From the UHGV virus genome UHGV-0268713: 34,690 nt of DNA; one strand, given 5' to 3'. Of this stretch, positions 7,687 through 16,152 are shown in pieces. This stretch comes from a virus. The translations under genes were made by a program, and so were the position numbers. The notes under the pieces were generated by a model that saw nothing but the letters and a program-made list of their open reading frames with translations, was not told where the DNA came from and made no database searches. Numbering within the stretch: position 1 is the first letter of the stretch; the number at the start of each line of letters is the position of its first letter.

Positions 7687-8497
7687 GGTTGAAGTTATCA
7701 CTCCTGATAAACCTGAAATTTTTCAGATAGCAGAAATTCTGGGTATTGATCCAGATGCTGTTCTTGGAAAGCTGGTTCGTATATGGGCATGGGCTGACCA
7801 GCAAACAATAGACGGTAACGCTGGCAGCGTTACAAAAGGAGTACTTGATAGACTCGCTTTTATTACAGGATTTGCTGACGCCCTCATTAGCGTCGGATGG
7901 CTTGCTTATCATGACGGCAAACTAATTCTTCCAAACTTTGAGCGACACAATGGAGAATCATCGAAAAAACGTGCACTTACGAATAGAAGAGTGGCAGAGC
8001 ATCGAAAACGAGTAACGCAAAAAGTAACGCCAACAGCGTTACAAAAGGAGTTACCAGAGGAAGAGGAAGAGGAAGATATATATAAAACCCCACACATAGC
8101 GCACGTGCGCGAGGGTGCTCCGACCAGTGAAGCGAACAGTACGCCGTTGCAGGTGGCAGAACCTGAATTTCTGGATGGCCTGAGTGAACCCATCGGGAAA
8201 TTTCCGATGACAGATGGCTGGCTGCCGTCGCCAGATTTTCGGCGGCGTGCTGCGCTGTGGGGAACGGCCCTGCCGGAACCGGAATTTACACCTGCTGAAC
8301 TTGCTGCATTCCGGGATTACTGGATGGCTGAGGGCAAAGTGTTCACGCAGGTTCAGTGGGAACAAAAATTCGCCAGGCACGTAAATCATATCAGGGGAAA
8401 ATCAAAAAATGCCGGGAAAAGCGATGAGCTTGACTGGAATAACACTGACTGGATAGAAGGGGTGTGGGATGAAATCAACTCCAGAACTTCTCAATGA
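7667..8497 (+). CDS. Replication initiation protein (lambda O functional analog, DnaT-like C-terminal region)
   Basis: ATG at 7667 with an AGAGGGG Shine-Dalgarno; sits immediately upstream of the P-like gene; contains internal palindromic iteron-like repeats and an acidic EEEEEED linker. Confidence 0.65.
   Translation: MASSWIKVEVITPDKPEIFQIAEILGIDPDAVLGKLVRIWAWADQQTIDGNAGSVTKGVLDRLAFITGFADALISVGWLAYHDGKLILPNFERHNGESSKKRALTNRRVAEHRKRVTQKVTPTALQKELPEEEEEEDIYKTPHIAHVREGAPTSEANSTPLQVAEPEFLDGLSEPIGKFPMTDGWLPSPDFRRRAALWGTALPEPEFTPAELAAFRDYWMAEGKVFTQVQWEQKFARHVNHIRGKSKNAGKSDELDWNNTDWIEGVWDEINSRTSQ
7815..8086. repeat. Iteron-like palindromes and AT-rich tract (candidate ori) inside the replication initiator gene
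   Basis: GTAACGC-N5-GCGTTAC palindromes at 7815-7833 and 8024-8042; an extra GTAACGC at 8012-8018; 18-bp exact direct repeat CAGCGTTACAAAAGGAGT at 7825-7842 and 8033-8050; (GAGGAA)x3 at 8056-8073 then ATATATATAAAA at 8075-8086. Confidence 0.4.
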
Positions 8498-9245
8498 GTA
8501 CGATCGCTTACGTGAGCATGGTGTTGCTGTGCATGAAGAGCGGCGTGACAGCAATGGCAAAAAGGAGCAGGTTGCTAGAATTTTCAATGAACTATTTGTC
8601 CAGTTACAGGCTGCATTTCCTGCAAGCGTTTCGACCATAAGGGAGCAGAACAAACTTAATGAATTCCGTAAGCAATGGATGCTTGCGTTTCTGGAGAATG
8701 GGATCACTACAATGGAACAGGTTAACGCTGGTATGCGCCACGCCCGCGCCAGTGAATCTCCGTTCTGGCCGTCGCCAGGGCAATTTATCAAGTGGTGTAA
8801 AGACAGCAAGATGGTTCTTGGCGTCACCATTGACGATGTGATGGCGGAGTTTCACCGGTACAGCAAGGAAAAAAGTTTATATCCTGGTGGTCCCGAAAGA
8901 TTCCCGTGGCGGCATCCGGTTATGTACTGGGTCGTATGTGATACCCGCCGTGCAATGTATCAGCGCCAGCTTAGCGAGATTGAGGTTGAGAAACATGCGC
9001 GCAGGCTGCTTGATGATTGGGCGAAAAAGGTGGCTTCCGGACAGCAGATACCCGATCCGGTGATCAGCATACAGGCAAAGCCAGAGCCCATGAGTACGCC
9101 TCCGGACACAGGGAGAGACGTTTACCATCCACCAGGGCGAAGTTTCGGGTGCATGCCTAACGCCGCCACCCTGGGGGGAATAACACCGGCGCAGTGGCTG
9201 ATGGAGGAATACAGGCGGGGAAAGGCGTCAGGATTTATCAAGTAA
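8469..9245 (+). CDS. Replication protein P-like (DnaB helicase loader)
   Basis: 258 aa; NGITTMEQVNAGMR and PSPGQF match conserved lambda P segments as recalled. Confidence 0.8.
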   Translation: MKSTPELLNEYDRLREHGVAVHEERRDSNGKKEQVARIFNELFVQLQAAFPASVSTIREQNKLNEFRKQWMLAFLENGITTMEQVNAGMRHARASESPFWPSPGQFIKWCKDSKMVLGVTIDDVMAEFHRYSKEKSLYPGGPERFPWRHPVMYWVVCDTRRAMYQRQLSEIEVEKHARRLLDDWAKKVASGQQIPDPVISIQAKPEPMSTPPDTGRDVYHPPGRSFGCMPNAATLGGITPAQWLMEEYRRGKASGFIK

Positions 9246-9277
9246 TACCAGCGCGATAGCGCATTTTTTTACGTCTC

Positions 9278-9359
9278 TATAATTACCTGTGAGGTAATAA
9301 ATTATTCTAAAATCTATTGATTTCGTGTCTTATGTGGTTTTTAATTACCTTAGGGGTAA
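9278..9359. promoter_or_regulatory. Promoter region with two perfect operator motifs
   Basis: TTACCTGTGAGGTAA (9283-9297), overlapped by a TATAAT hexamer at 9278-9283, and TTACCTTAGGGGTAA (9345-9359), which overlaps the ribosome-binding site of the gene starting at 9363. TTGATT at 9319-9324. Confidence 0.5.
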
Positions 9360-9362
9360 ATC

Positions 9363-9707
9363 ATGAGAAAACAGATACAGGCTCTTGGTCGACTCAAAAC
9401 AGGCCAGATGAACAAAACAGAATCTGCGTATTGCCAGCACCTTGAGCTGCGTAAACGTGCAGGAGAAATCGTCTGGTATCGATTTGAGGGTATCAAGCTG
9501 CGGTTAGCTGACAACACGTTCTATACGCCCGATTTTGCTGTGATGCTCGCCACCGGCGAGATGGAACTGCACGAAGTGAAAGGTTTCTGGACCGACGACG
9601 CCAGGGTGAAAACCAAAGTCGCCGCAGATCAGTATCCGTTCCGAATCATCGGGGTAACGGTTAAACCAAAGAAAGCAGGTGGTGGCTGGAACATCGAAGA
9701 GTTCTGA
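9363..9707 (+). CDS. Hypothetical protein with PD-(D/E)XK-like motif (possible nuclease)
   Basis: 114 aa; YTPDF ... ELHEVKG resembles a D...E-x-K nuclease core (inference). Confidence 0.55.
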   Translation: MRKQIQALGRLKTGQMNKTESAYCQHLELRKRAGEIVWYRFEGIKLRLADNTFYTPDFAVMLATGEMELHEVKGFWTDDARVKTKVAADQYPFRIIGVTVKPKKAGGGWNIEEF

Positions 9708-9768
9708 ATCGACGATCTTTTTAGTTATCAATGTAATCAATAAGTTATGTGGATAAGCGAGGGTAAAG

Positions 9769-10353
9769 ATGAAACCGAGTTATGAAGAACTTGAAGAGCA
9801 ACTGAACAGATCTCGACGTCTCTGTGATGCTGCTCTGGCTAATGAGAGGGCATGGGAAACAGCCATGATGCAGGCATGCGGTGAAGACGGTCCGAAGTCA
9901 GTAGCTGATAAGTTTGCGGAACTTGAAGCCAGATGCGCGGCGCTGGCGGCGGAGAATGCACTTGCTCGTAAAGCTGTTCAGGCATTCTGTGAGGTTGTTG
10001 GTGACAACACTGAGATTATCTCCGAGTTGGTTGGGCAAGATGGCGTTCTGGTTATTTTGAAGGCCATGAAGGCAACAGGAAATATGTCAGCCACCGACGC
10101 TTTCCTGGCTGAAATACGTGCGGAGGCACGCAACGAGGGGATTAACTACACCGCAAGCCGTCTTGCTGCTGCGTTCAATCACGGATTTATCAATAAGTCT
10201 TTGCGTGAAGTTTTCGACGTTACACGCATGATTTTGTCAGCGAAAGAAGAGTTGGCTAATGAACCGCATCCGATTGATGGCCTGTCTGGTGAATATGCGG
10301 AGAAATCCCTTGAAGAATGGGCGGAACAGATTCGCAAAGGAGGCAACCAGTGA
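9769..10353 (+). CDS. Hypothetical protein, Ala-rich and predicted coiled-coil
   Basis: 194-aa ORF, tightly packed in the early-right cluster. Confidence 0.55.
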   Translation: MKPSYEELEEQLNRSRRLCDAALANERAWETAMMQACGEDGPKSVADKFAELEARCAALAAENALARKAVQAFCEVVGDNTEIISELVGQDGVLVILKAMKATGNMSATDAFLAEIRAEARNEGINYTASRLAAAFNHGFINKSLREVFDVTRMILSAKEELANEPHPIDGLSGEYAEKSLEEWAEQIRKGGNQ

Positions 10354-10844
10354 GCGAAATTAATTACCAGGCACTACGTGAGGCGGCAGAACGTGCAACT
10401 CCAGCAATGGAACGCCTGTTAATGTTGCCAGTTGATGATGATTTGTTAAGTGAACAGGAACTTAAGGATTACGGTGTGGATATTGATGCGCTCAACGCCT
10501 TCAAATTTCTGACCGGACCAGAAACCGTGCTGGCACTACTGGATGAACGGGAAGCAGACAAAAAGCGCATTGCAGAACTGGAAGCTCGGGAAATAAAACC
10601 AGCCCAAGGTGAAGTTCTTGTCGTTGTTTCTGGTTTTACTGGTTGCGGGAAAAGCGCCATCGCCGGGGAAATAGAAACCGCGATGAAGGCTATTGGTGTA
10701 CCGGTTCAGTGGACTAATGGCGATGCGGAAAAGCGCATGACAGGAGCTGACTGGCTGACAGCGATTGAGATGTACAAACCAACAGTGCGCATCGTGGAAG
10801 TTAATGTGCCACGCGCCGCTGGCATTCGCATCAAAGGAGAGTGA
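10350..10844 (+). CDS. Hypothetical protein (possibly Ead/Ea22-like)
   Basis: GTG start at 10350 overlapping the upstream stop (GTGA) with an AAAGGAGG Shine-Dalgarno; MSEINYQALREAAERATP N-terminus. Confidence 0.5.
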   Translation: MSEINYQALREAAERATPAMERLLMLPVDDDLLSEQELKDYGVDIDALNAFKFLTGPETVLALLDEREADKKRIAELEAREIKPAQGEVLVVVSGFTGCGKSAIAGEIETAMKAIGVPVQWTNGDAEKRMTGADWLTAIEMYKPTVRIVEVNVPRAAGIRIKGE

Positions 10845-10845
10845 T

Positions 10846-11361
10846 ATGGCGTTAACACACCGCGAACTCTGTCAGATTGCGTACAAGTTCCTTAAGCGCA
10901 ACGGGTTCAAGGTTTGTTTTCATGACCGCTTTATAGCTGTAACCAGTACCGGAGAACAGCCAGATGCTATGGGATTCAGAAATTCAGCATCATGCCTGAT
11001 AGAGGCGAAGTGTTCTCGTGCTGACTTGTTAGCAGATAGAAAAAAGCGTTTTCGTAAAAATCCGTCTCTTGGAATGGGCGACTGGCGATTCTTTATTAGT
11101 GAGCCGGGGATTATTTCAATTGAGGATTTACCACCTGGCTGGGGATTACTTCACGTTGTTAACGGAAGAGTACGGAAAGTACATGGGTGGCCCAAGGGGA
11201 ATTGCTGTTGGGGTAATCCTGACGATAAGCCATTTACTGGGAATAAGCAGGTTGAATGCGATTACATGTTATCTGCATTAAGGCGCATGGAGCTAAGAGG
11301 ACACCTTAATGAAATATATGACGGTGTAATTGTTAATAAGAAAGAAGGAAACGCGGCATGA
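10846..11361 (+). CDS. Hypothetical protein
   Basis: ATG at 10846 with an AAAGGAGA Shine-Dalgarno; 171 aa; possible D...E-x-K motif (EQPD ... IEAKCSRAD). Confidence 0.55.
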   Translation: MALTHRELCQIAYKFLKRNGFKVCFHDRFIAVTSTGEQPDAMGFRNSASCLIEAKCSRADLLADRKKRFRKNPSLGMGDWRFFISEPGIISIEDLPPGWGLLHVVNGRVRKVHGWPKGNCCWGNPDDKPFTGNKQVECDYMLSALRRMELRGHLNEIYDGVIVNKKEGNAA

Positions 11362-12047
11362 CAACTTTAACCGACAAAGAAATGATTAAAGAAATCAAAG
11401 AACGCATAGGCAGCCTGGACGTGCGAGACAATATTGAGCGCCGGGCTTATGAAATTGCTCTGGCATCACTGGCAGTAGTATCGGATGAACGAGCAGCCTA
11501 TGAATTATTTATGGAGAAGCGTTTCGGGGAATCTGTAGATCGCCGTAGGGCAAAAAATGGCGATAGAGAATACATGGCATGGGATATGGCGCTTGGCTGG
11601 ATTATCTGGTGTCACCGCGCCGCCATGCTTCATGGTAGCCAACCTGTAAGCCAAACTTACAACTTGCCAGAATTAATCGAAGGCATGGAAGTTTCCATTG
11701 ATATAAGCACTTGTGATGCTGATTTAGGTAATCGCTATTTCGGCACCGTCACCGAAGCGTTAGAACTTGATACAGCCAAGAATGGTTACATCCTCCTGGT
11801 TCAGGACGCAGAGCCAAACTTCGATGTAAATGGCAACTATCCGGTAACTCCGGATAGTTGGATAAGCTGTAGTGAGCGGACGCCGAACGACGCGCAGTGG
11901 TGCGTAGTGAACACAAAATACGGGTATTACGTGCAATGCTGGTCTGAAGGTCAAGGGTGGCTTGGTGATGATATCAGCATCCCTGAATGCGATGTAATCA
12001 ATTGGATGCCGCTACCGGAACCGCCGCAGGAGGTTAACCGTGGCTAA
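11358..12047 (+). CDS. Hypothetical protein with DUF551-like C-terminal region
   Basis: 229 aa; C-terminal WISCSERTPND...VINWMPLPEPP resembles DUF551 as recalled. Confidence 0.55.
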   Translation: MTTLTDKEMIKEIKERIGSLDVRDNIERRAYEIALASLAVVSDERAAYELFMEKRFGESVDRRRAKNGDREYMAWDMALGWIIWCHRAAMLHGSQPVSQTYNLPELIEGMEVSIDISTCDADLGNRYFGTVTEALELDTAKNGYILLVQDAEPNFDVNGNYPVTPDSWISCSERTPNDAQWCVVNTKYGYYVQCWSEGQGWLGDDISIPECDVINWMPLPEPPQEVNRG

Positions 12048-12321
12048 CCTGCAACTTGCCGTCAAAGGTGAATACTTCGATGCCATGATTCGCGGGGAGA
12101 AAACGGAAGAGTATCGCCTGTGTAATGACTACTGGAATAAGCGAATTATGTTCCGGGAGTATGACCGCCTGATTATCACAAAGGGATATCCGAAGCGCGA
12201 CGATTCCAGCCGCAGAATTGACGTCCCGTATGACGGATATGAAATCAAGACAATCACACATCCGCACTTCGGCGATAAACCGGTAAATGTGTTCGCGATA
12301 AAGGTGAATATTGATGGCTAA
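12040..12321 (+). CDS. Hypothetical protein
   Basis: 93-aa ORF overlapping its neighbours by a few nt. Confidence 0.55.
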   Translation: MANLQLAVKGEYFDAMIRGEKTEEYRLCNDYWNKRIMFREYDRLIITKGYPKRDDSSRRIDVPYDGYEIKTITHPHFGDKPVNVFAIKVNIDG

Positions 12322-12652
12322 ATCAGCAGCAGAGCGCAAAGCCGCTCAGAGAGCCAGACAAGCTGCATCTGGTGTGCGTAAGCTGGAAATTGTGCTTGAT
12401 GCTCAGGAAATTGAAATGCTGGAGAGTAACTGTGCCACGCGTCGCCCCGGGCGTGCGCCTTACGAATTTGGTGAGTATATAGCGTTACTGATCCGCCAGG
12501 ATGATGCACGCGTGCGCGGGCGTATAAAATCGATCAGCAGAAAACGTTGCGGTAAGTGCGGCGAGAGAGTTCCTGTGAATTCATGCCCGTGTAATGGTGA
12601 CTCGCAATGCTGGGTGACCAAAGGCTGGCATGAAACGAAATTAATAGTGTGA
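12314..12652 (+). CDS. Hypothetical basic, Cys-rich protein
   Basis: ATG at 12314 with an AAGGTGAA Shine-Dalgarno; C-terminal CGKCGERVPVNSCPCNGDSQC cluster; its stop codon lies inside the GTGACATGTCAC palindrome. Confidence 0.5.
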   Translation: MAKSAAERKAAQRARQAASGVRKLEIVLDAQEIEMLESNCATRRPGRAPYEFGEYIALLIRQDDARVRGRIKSISRKRCGKCGERVPVNSCPCNGDSQCWVTKGWHETKLIV

Positions 12653-12660
12653 CATGTCAC
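12649..12660. promoter_or_regulatory. 12-bp perfect palindrome GTGACATGTCAC, copy 1
   Basis: Exact 12-mer, followed by GAAGGTGTTAT; 10 nt upstream of the ATG at 12670. Confidence 0.4.
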
Positions 12661-12669
12661 GAAGGTGTT

Positions 12670-12882
12670 ATGCCAAAAATACGCTACGACCTTGAAGATA
12701 TGAGAGATAACTCAGCAAATTTTCCGAAAGAGGTTAAATTTCTCATGCATAAGTATGGTTGCGCCAGGAGGGATATAGTTATCGACAGTCAGCACCCTTG
12801 CGGCGAGGATGTAATTTTCATTCGCGGTAAATGGGAAGGGTATCTTGACGAGAGTTTTTACGATGAATTTGATGGACTTTGA
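12670..12882 (+). CDS. Hypothetical small protein (70 aa)
   Basis: ATG at 12670 with a GAAGGTG Shine-Dalgarno; the ORF track gives 12649-12882. Confidence 0.5.
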   Translation: MPKIRYDLEDMRDNSANFPKEVKFLMHKYGCARRDIVIDSQHPCGEDVIFIRGKWEGYLDESFYDEFDGL

Positions 12883-12924
12883 ATACTGCCGCCAACTATG
12901 GCGGCTTTATTTTGCATGGTACTA

Positions 12925-12957
12925 TTACCACAACGGTAACTATTACCACGGTGGTTA
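12925..12957. promoter_or_regulatory. Tandem operator motifs immediately upstream of terS
   Basis: Perfect TTACCACAACGGTAA (12925-12939) and imperfect TTACC-N5-GGTTA (12943-12957), the latter ending at the terS start codon. Confidence 0.45.
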
Positions 12958-13553
12958 TGATGCCTGCTGAACCTAAAACCTATAAACGCAAATCAACGCA
13001 ATTTAAGCCACTAACAGCAATGCAGGAGGCTTATTGCCAGTCATACATCAAAACGCCTGAAAATCAGACTCAGGCTGCGATTAACGCAGGATTCTCCCCA
13101 AATACAGCGGCAGTTAAAGCCAGTGTCATGATGCGCGATGAACGCATTCAGAAACGGATTGCCGAGCTGATGGAAGAGCGCAACAAACGAATGCGCGTCA
13201 GTGCTGATTACGTTCTCATGCGCCTGGTGGAGATCGACCAGATGGACGTGATCGACATCCTCAACGACGATGGGAGCCTTAAGCCAATCCGCGAGTGGCC
13301 GAAAATCTGGCGCACTACGCTTAGTGGCTTTGATCTGTCATCGACCATCATGAACATGAACGAGGATTCGATAGAGACAATCCTCAAAAAAATTAAATGG
13401 CCTGACAAGGTGAAGAACCTTGAGCTGATTGGTAAGCATGTTGATGTCAACGCGTTCAAAGAACGTCTGGATGTTAATGTGAATGTGACAATTGCTGATC
13501 GCATAGCAGCAGCCAGGAAGCGACTCAAAGAACGTCAGGATGGTAATCAGTGA
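12957..13553 (+). CDS. Terminase small subunit
   Basis: ATG at 12957 (the ORF track's upstream extension encodes a low-complexity TITTTVTITT stretch); HTH-like TAMQEAYCQSYIKTPENQTQAAINAGFSP; directly upstream of the large subunit. Confidence 0.7.
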   Translation: MMPAEPKTYKRKSTQFKPLTAMQEAYCQSYIKTPENQTQAAINAGFSPNTAAVKASVMMRDERIQKRIAELMEERNKRMRVSADYVLMRLVEIDQMDVIDILNDDGSLKPIREWPKIWRTTLSGFDLSSTIMNMNEDSIETILKKIKWPDKVKNLELIGKHVDVNAFKERLDVNVNVTIADRIAAARKRLKERQDGNQ

Positions 13554-15025
13554 CAGATACAGCGTTATCTCCTGAAGAGCAGTTAATCGAGGATATTGCA
13601 GGGTTCACTCACGATCCGCTTGGCTATGCCCTCTATGCGTTCCCATGGGGGGAAGAGGGGACTGAACTGGCACATGCCACCGGCCCACGTCAGTGGCAGG
13701 CTGATGCGTTCCGAGAGATACGTGATCACCTGCAGAATCCAGAGACGCGCTATCAGCCGCTTATGCTGGCACGCGCTTCTGGTCACGGTATTGGTAAATC
13801 CGCATTCATCTCAATGCTGATCAACTGGGGCATGTCCACTTGCGAGGATTGTAAGGTCGTGGTGACCGCCAACACCGACAACCAGCTACGAACGAAGACC
13901 TGGCCGGAAATTATCAAGTGGTCGAACCTTGCTATCACGAAAGACTGGTTTACCTGTACCGCTACCGCGATGTACAGCAATGATCCTGGGCACGACAAGC
14001 GGTGGCGGGCTGACGCAATCCCCTGGTCTGAGCACAACACTGAGGCATTCGCAGGACTACACAACGAGCGCAAACGCATCATCGTGGTATTCGATGAAGC
14101 GTCGAACATTGCGGATCTGGTGTGGGAAGTTGCTGAGGGTGCGCTTACGGACGAAGACACTGAGATTATCTGGGTGGCGTTCGGAAACCCTACACGTAAC
14201 ACCGGGCGTTTCCGCGAATGTTTCCGCAAATATAAACACCGCTGGAAAACTGCGCAGATTGACAGCCGGACGGTGGAAGGCACTAACAAACAGCAGTTGC
14301 AGAAATGGGTTGATGACTACGGGGAAGACAGCGACTTCGTTAAAATCCGTGTGCGCGGCATATTCCCTGATGCATCTGAATTGCAGTTTATCCCTACCGG
14401 TCTTACTGATGAGGCAATGAAACGGGTGGTAACCGCTGCGCAGGTGGCGCATGCTCCGGTGATAATCGGTGTTGACCCGGCATATTCAGGCGTTGATGAC
14501 GCGGTGATATACCTGCGGCAGGGGCTACACAGTAAGGTGCTGTGGACTGGCAACAAGACCACCGACGATCTGATTATGGCGAAGCGTATCGCTGACTTTG
14601 AAGACCAGTACCATGCTGACGCGGTGTTCATCGACTTCGGTTACGGAACCGGTCTGAAGTCAATCGGTGATGGCTGGGGTCGTACATGGCAACTTGTTCC
14701 GTTCGGTGGTGCGTCAACTGACCCTCAGATGCTCAACAAGCGCGGGGAGATGTTCAACTCATGTAAGACATGGCTGAGGCTGGGCGGCATGCTGGATGAC
14801 CAGGAAACAGCGGACGACCTGTCGGCGGCAGAGTACAAAGTTCGAGTGGACGGTAAAATCGTTATCGAACCGAAGGAAGATATCAAGGAGCGGCTTGGGC
14901 GTTCTCCTGGTAAAGGCGATGCGCTACTGCTGACGTTTGCGTTCCCTGTGTCGAAGCGTCTGCGAATTCCCGGGCAGCAGAACCAGCAAGGCAAGGCCAT
15001 CACAGATTACGATCCCTATGCTTAA
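13550..15025 (+). CDS. Terminase large subunit
   Basis: 491 aa; Walker A-like GHGIGKS, Walker B-like IIVVFDEAS, C-terminal acidic nuclease-like region (IGVDPAYSGVDDA). Confidence 0.85.
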   Translation: MTDTALSPEEQLIEDIAGFTHDPLGYALYAFPWGEEGTELAHATGPRQWQADAFREIRDHLQNPETRYQPLMLARASGHGIGKSAFISMLINWGMSTCEDCKVVVTANTDNQLRTKTWPEIIKWSNLAITKDWFTCTATAMYSNDPGHDKRWRADAIPWSEHNTEAFAGLHNERKRIIVVFDEASNIADLVWEVAEGALTDEDTEIIWVAFGNPTRNTGRFRECFRKYKHRWKTAQIDSRTVEGTNKQQLQKWVDDYGEDSDFVKIRVRGIFPDASELQFIPTGLTDEAMKRVVTAAQVAHAPVIIGVDPAYSGVDDAVIYLRQGLHSKVLWTGNKTTDDLIMAKRIADFEDQYHADAVFIDFGYGTGLKSIGDGWGRTWQLVPFGGASTDPQMLNKRGEMFNSCKTWLRLGGMLDDQETADDLSAAEYKVRVDGKIVIEPKEDIKERLGRSPGKGDALLLTFAFPVSKRLRIPGQQNQQGKAITDYDPYA

Positions 15026-15075
15026 TCCGCTGGTGGGGATAATGTCGTTGATATCCTCTGGTGAGGATAAAACAA

Positions 15076-15095
15076 AGCCAGCTCATAGGCTGGCT
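15076..15095 (-). terminator. Terminator hairpin between convergent genes
   Basis: AGCCAGC-TCATAG-GCTGGCT; T-rich on the minus strand (TTGTTTTAT), weaker on the plus strand. Confidence 0.45.
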
Positions 15096-15099
15096 GTTT

Positions 15100-15111
15100 G
15101 TGACATGTCAC
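15100..15111. promoter_or_regulatory. 12-bp perfect palindrome GTGACATGTCAC, copy 2
   Basis: Exact 12-mer followed by GGTGTTAT, as in copy 1; sits between the terminase large-subunit stop and the reverse-oriented gene. Confidence 0.4.
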
Positions 15112-15115
15112 GGTG

Positions 15116-15448
15116 TTATTTCGGTAGATTGTGTTTGGCATTCGACTCGTCTATCACGTAACGCATTGCAGTTCGACCGAGATTACCAGGATCTTCATGC
15201 AGACTCACTCGTGCCTTTAGGAGCACACATTCAGCCTTGACATAGTTTGCTGGAATTATTCCTACCTCGGCATTTTTAAATGCCTCCTTCACCGCCTCAC
15301 CGTTGTACTGACCGCCAAGCAACTCTGTACATGTCAGGTTGTTATGGATAATTGCAAGGAGATCTTTAATCTCTTCACGCAGGTTTACAATCGCCATCGC
15401 GGCATTGATAGCTGCGGCATAGCGCTCAGCTGCAGTCTTCTCTTTCAT
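15116..15448 (-). CDS. Hypothetical protein, reverse-oriented accessory gene between terminase and portal
   Basis: ATG at 15448 with an AAGGTGA Shine-Dalgarno; 110 aa; opposite strand to the flanking late genes; preceded by hairpins. Confidence 0.55.
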   Translation of the reverse strand: MKEKTAAERYAAAINAAMAIVNLREEIKDLLAIIHNNLTCTELLGGQYNGEAVKEAFKNAEVGIIPANYVKAECVLLKARVSLHEDPGNLGRTAMRYVIDESNAKHNLPK

Positions 15449-15648
15449 GATTTTCACCTTAAAAAAATGCCCGGACGAACCGGGCGAACTGGAAGCAATG
15501 AGTTATGCCTTCCGTGGCTGTACTGGTTTACAGCATGAAGTCATCGCAATGGCGTCCTGCTGTAAAAAGGGCGGTGATAGCCCTTCAAGGGAAACCATCA
15601 CCGCCAAGCCCCTGGAACTTCTGGCATCACGGTCCTTAGGCGTGATTC

Positions 15649-15725
15649 TGGCGTGGCATGCAGGATTCGAACCTGCGACCAACCGCTTAGAAGGCGGTTG
15701 CTCTGTCCAACTGAGCTAATGCCAC
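15649..15725 (-). tRNA. tRNA-Arg (anticodon UCU)
   Basis: Minus-strand sequence GTGGCATTAGCTCAGTTGGACAGAGCAACCGCCTTCTAAGCGGTTGGTCGCAGGTTCGAATCCTGCATGCCACGCCA folds by eye into a cloverleaf: 7-bp acceptor stem, D-arm GCTC/GAGC, anticodon stem ACCGC/GCGGT with loop CUUCUAA, T-arm GCAGG-TTCGAAT-CCTGC, encoded CCA. Confidence 0.85.
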
Positions 15726-16047
15726 AACGCTGAGAGCACTTAGCCTGTTAAGGCGCCACACTTTGTCGCGGCTCCATAAATGCTCTCATCGTTGTACCCT
15801 CGTCTCTTCCGAGGCGTCACACCGAATCGCCGGGATGGTGAATCCCCGTGCGCGGAATAAAACCGCTCGACTTGCACATTCCGGCTACCTGGTTCGTTTG
15901 CCCGAGCAAGGGAGGGGGCCCCTTAAACGTATCCAGACCGCTATCGGCGCATGTGCCATACGCCGTACTGCTCAAAATAAAAGCTCACTCCACCTGTTCA
16001 ATTTAACGACAAGCCAGTCAGGTTAATAACCGGAATGAATCATTTAC

Positions 16048-16062
16048 TTACCTGAAAGGTAA
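16048..16062. promoter_or_regulatory. Perfect operator motif upstream of the portal region
   Basis: TTACCTGAAAGGTAA, about 90 bp upstream of the ORF at 16153 and about 310 bp upstream of the portal gene. Confidence 0.45.
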
Positions 16063-16152
16063 TAATTCGTGCGTTAAATGTCAACTATCTACGATAAATA
16101 AATCATATGTGGTTAAATTGGTAATAATTAAATTGCGTACGGAGTCATTGAT

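Noticed and set aside
7526-7912. 128-aa minus-strand ORF overlapping the replication initiator and Cys-rich gene
   Set aside because: Antisense to plus-strand genes that have good ribosome-binding sites; Cys/Ser-rich low-complexity translation.
8056-8073. (GAGGAA)3 microsatellite
   Set aside because: It lies in frame within the replication initiator gene and encodes an acidic EEEEEE linker; it is treated as part of the candidate ori rather than an independent repeat.
13783-14289. 168-aa minus-strand ORF inside the terminase large subunit gene
   Set aside because: Antisense overlap with a confident CDS; no independent support.
15763-16026. 87-aa plus-strand ORF in the noncoding gap before the portal gene
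   Set aside because: No ribosome-binding site and an Arg/Ser/His-rich odd composition; the region is more likely regulatory or structured RNA (reported as a finding).
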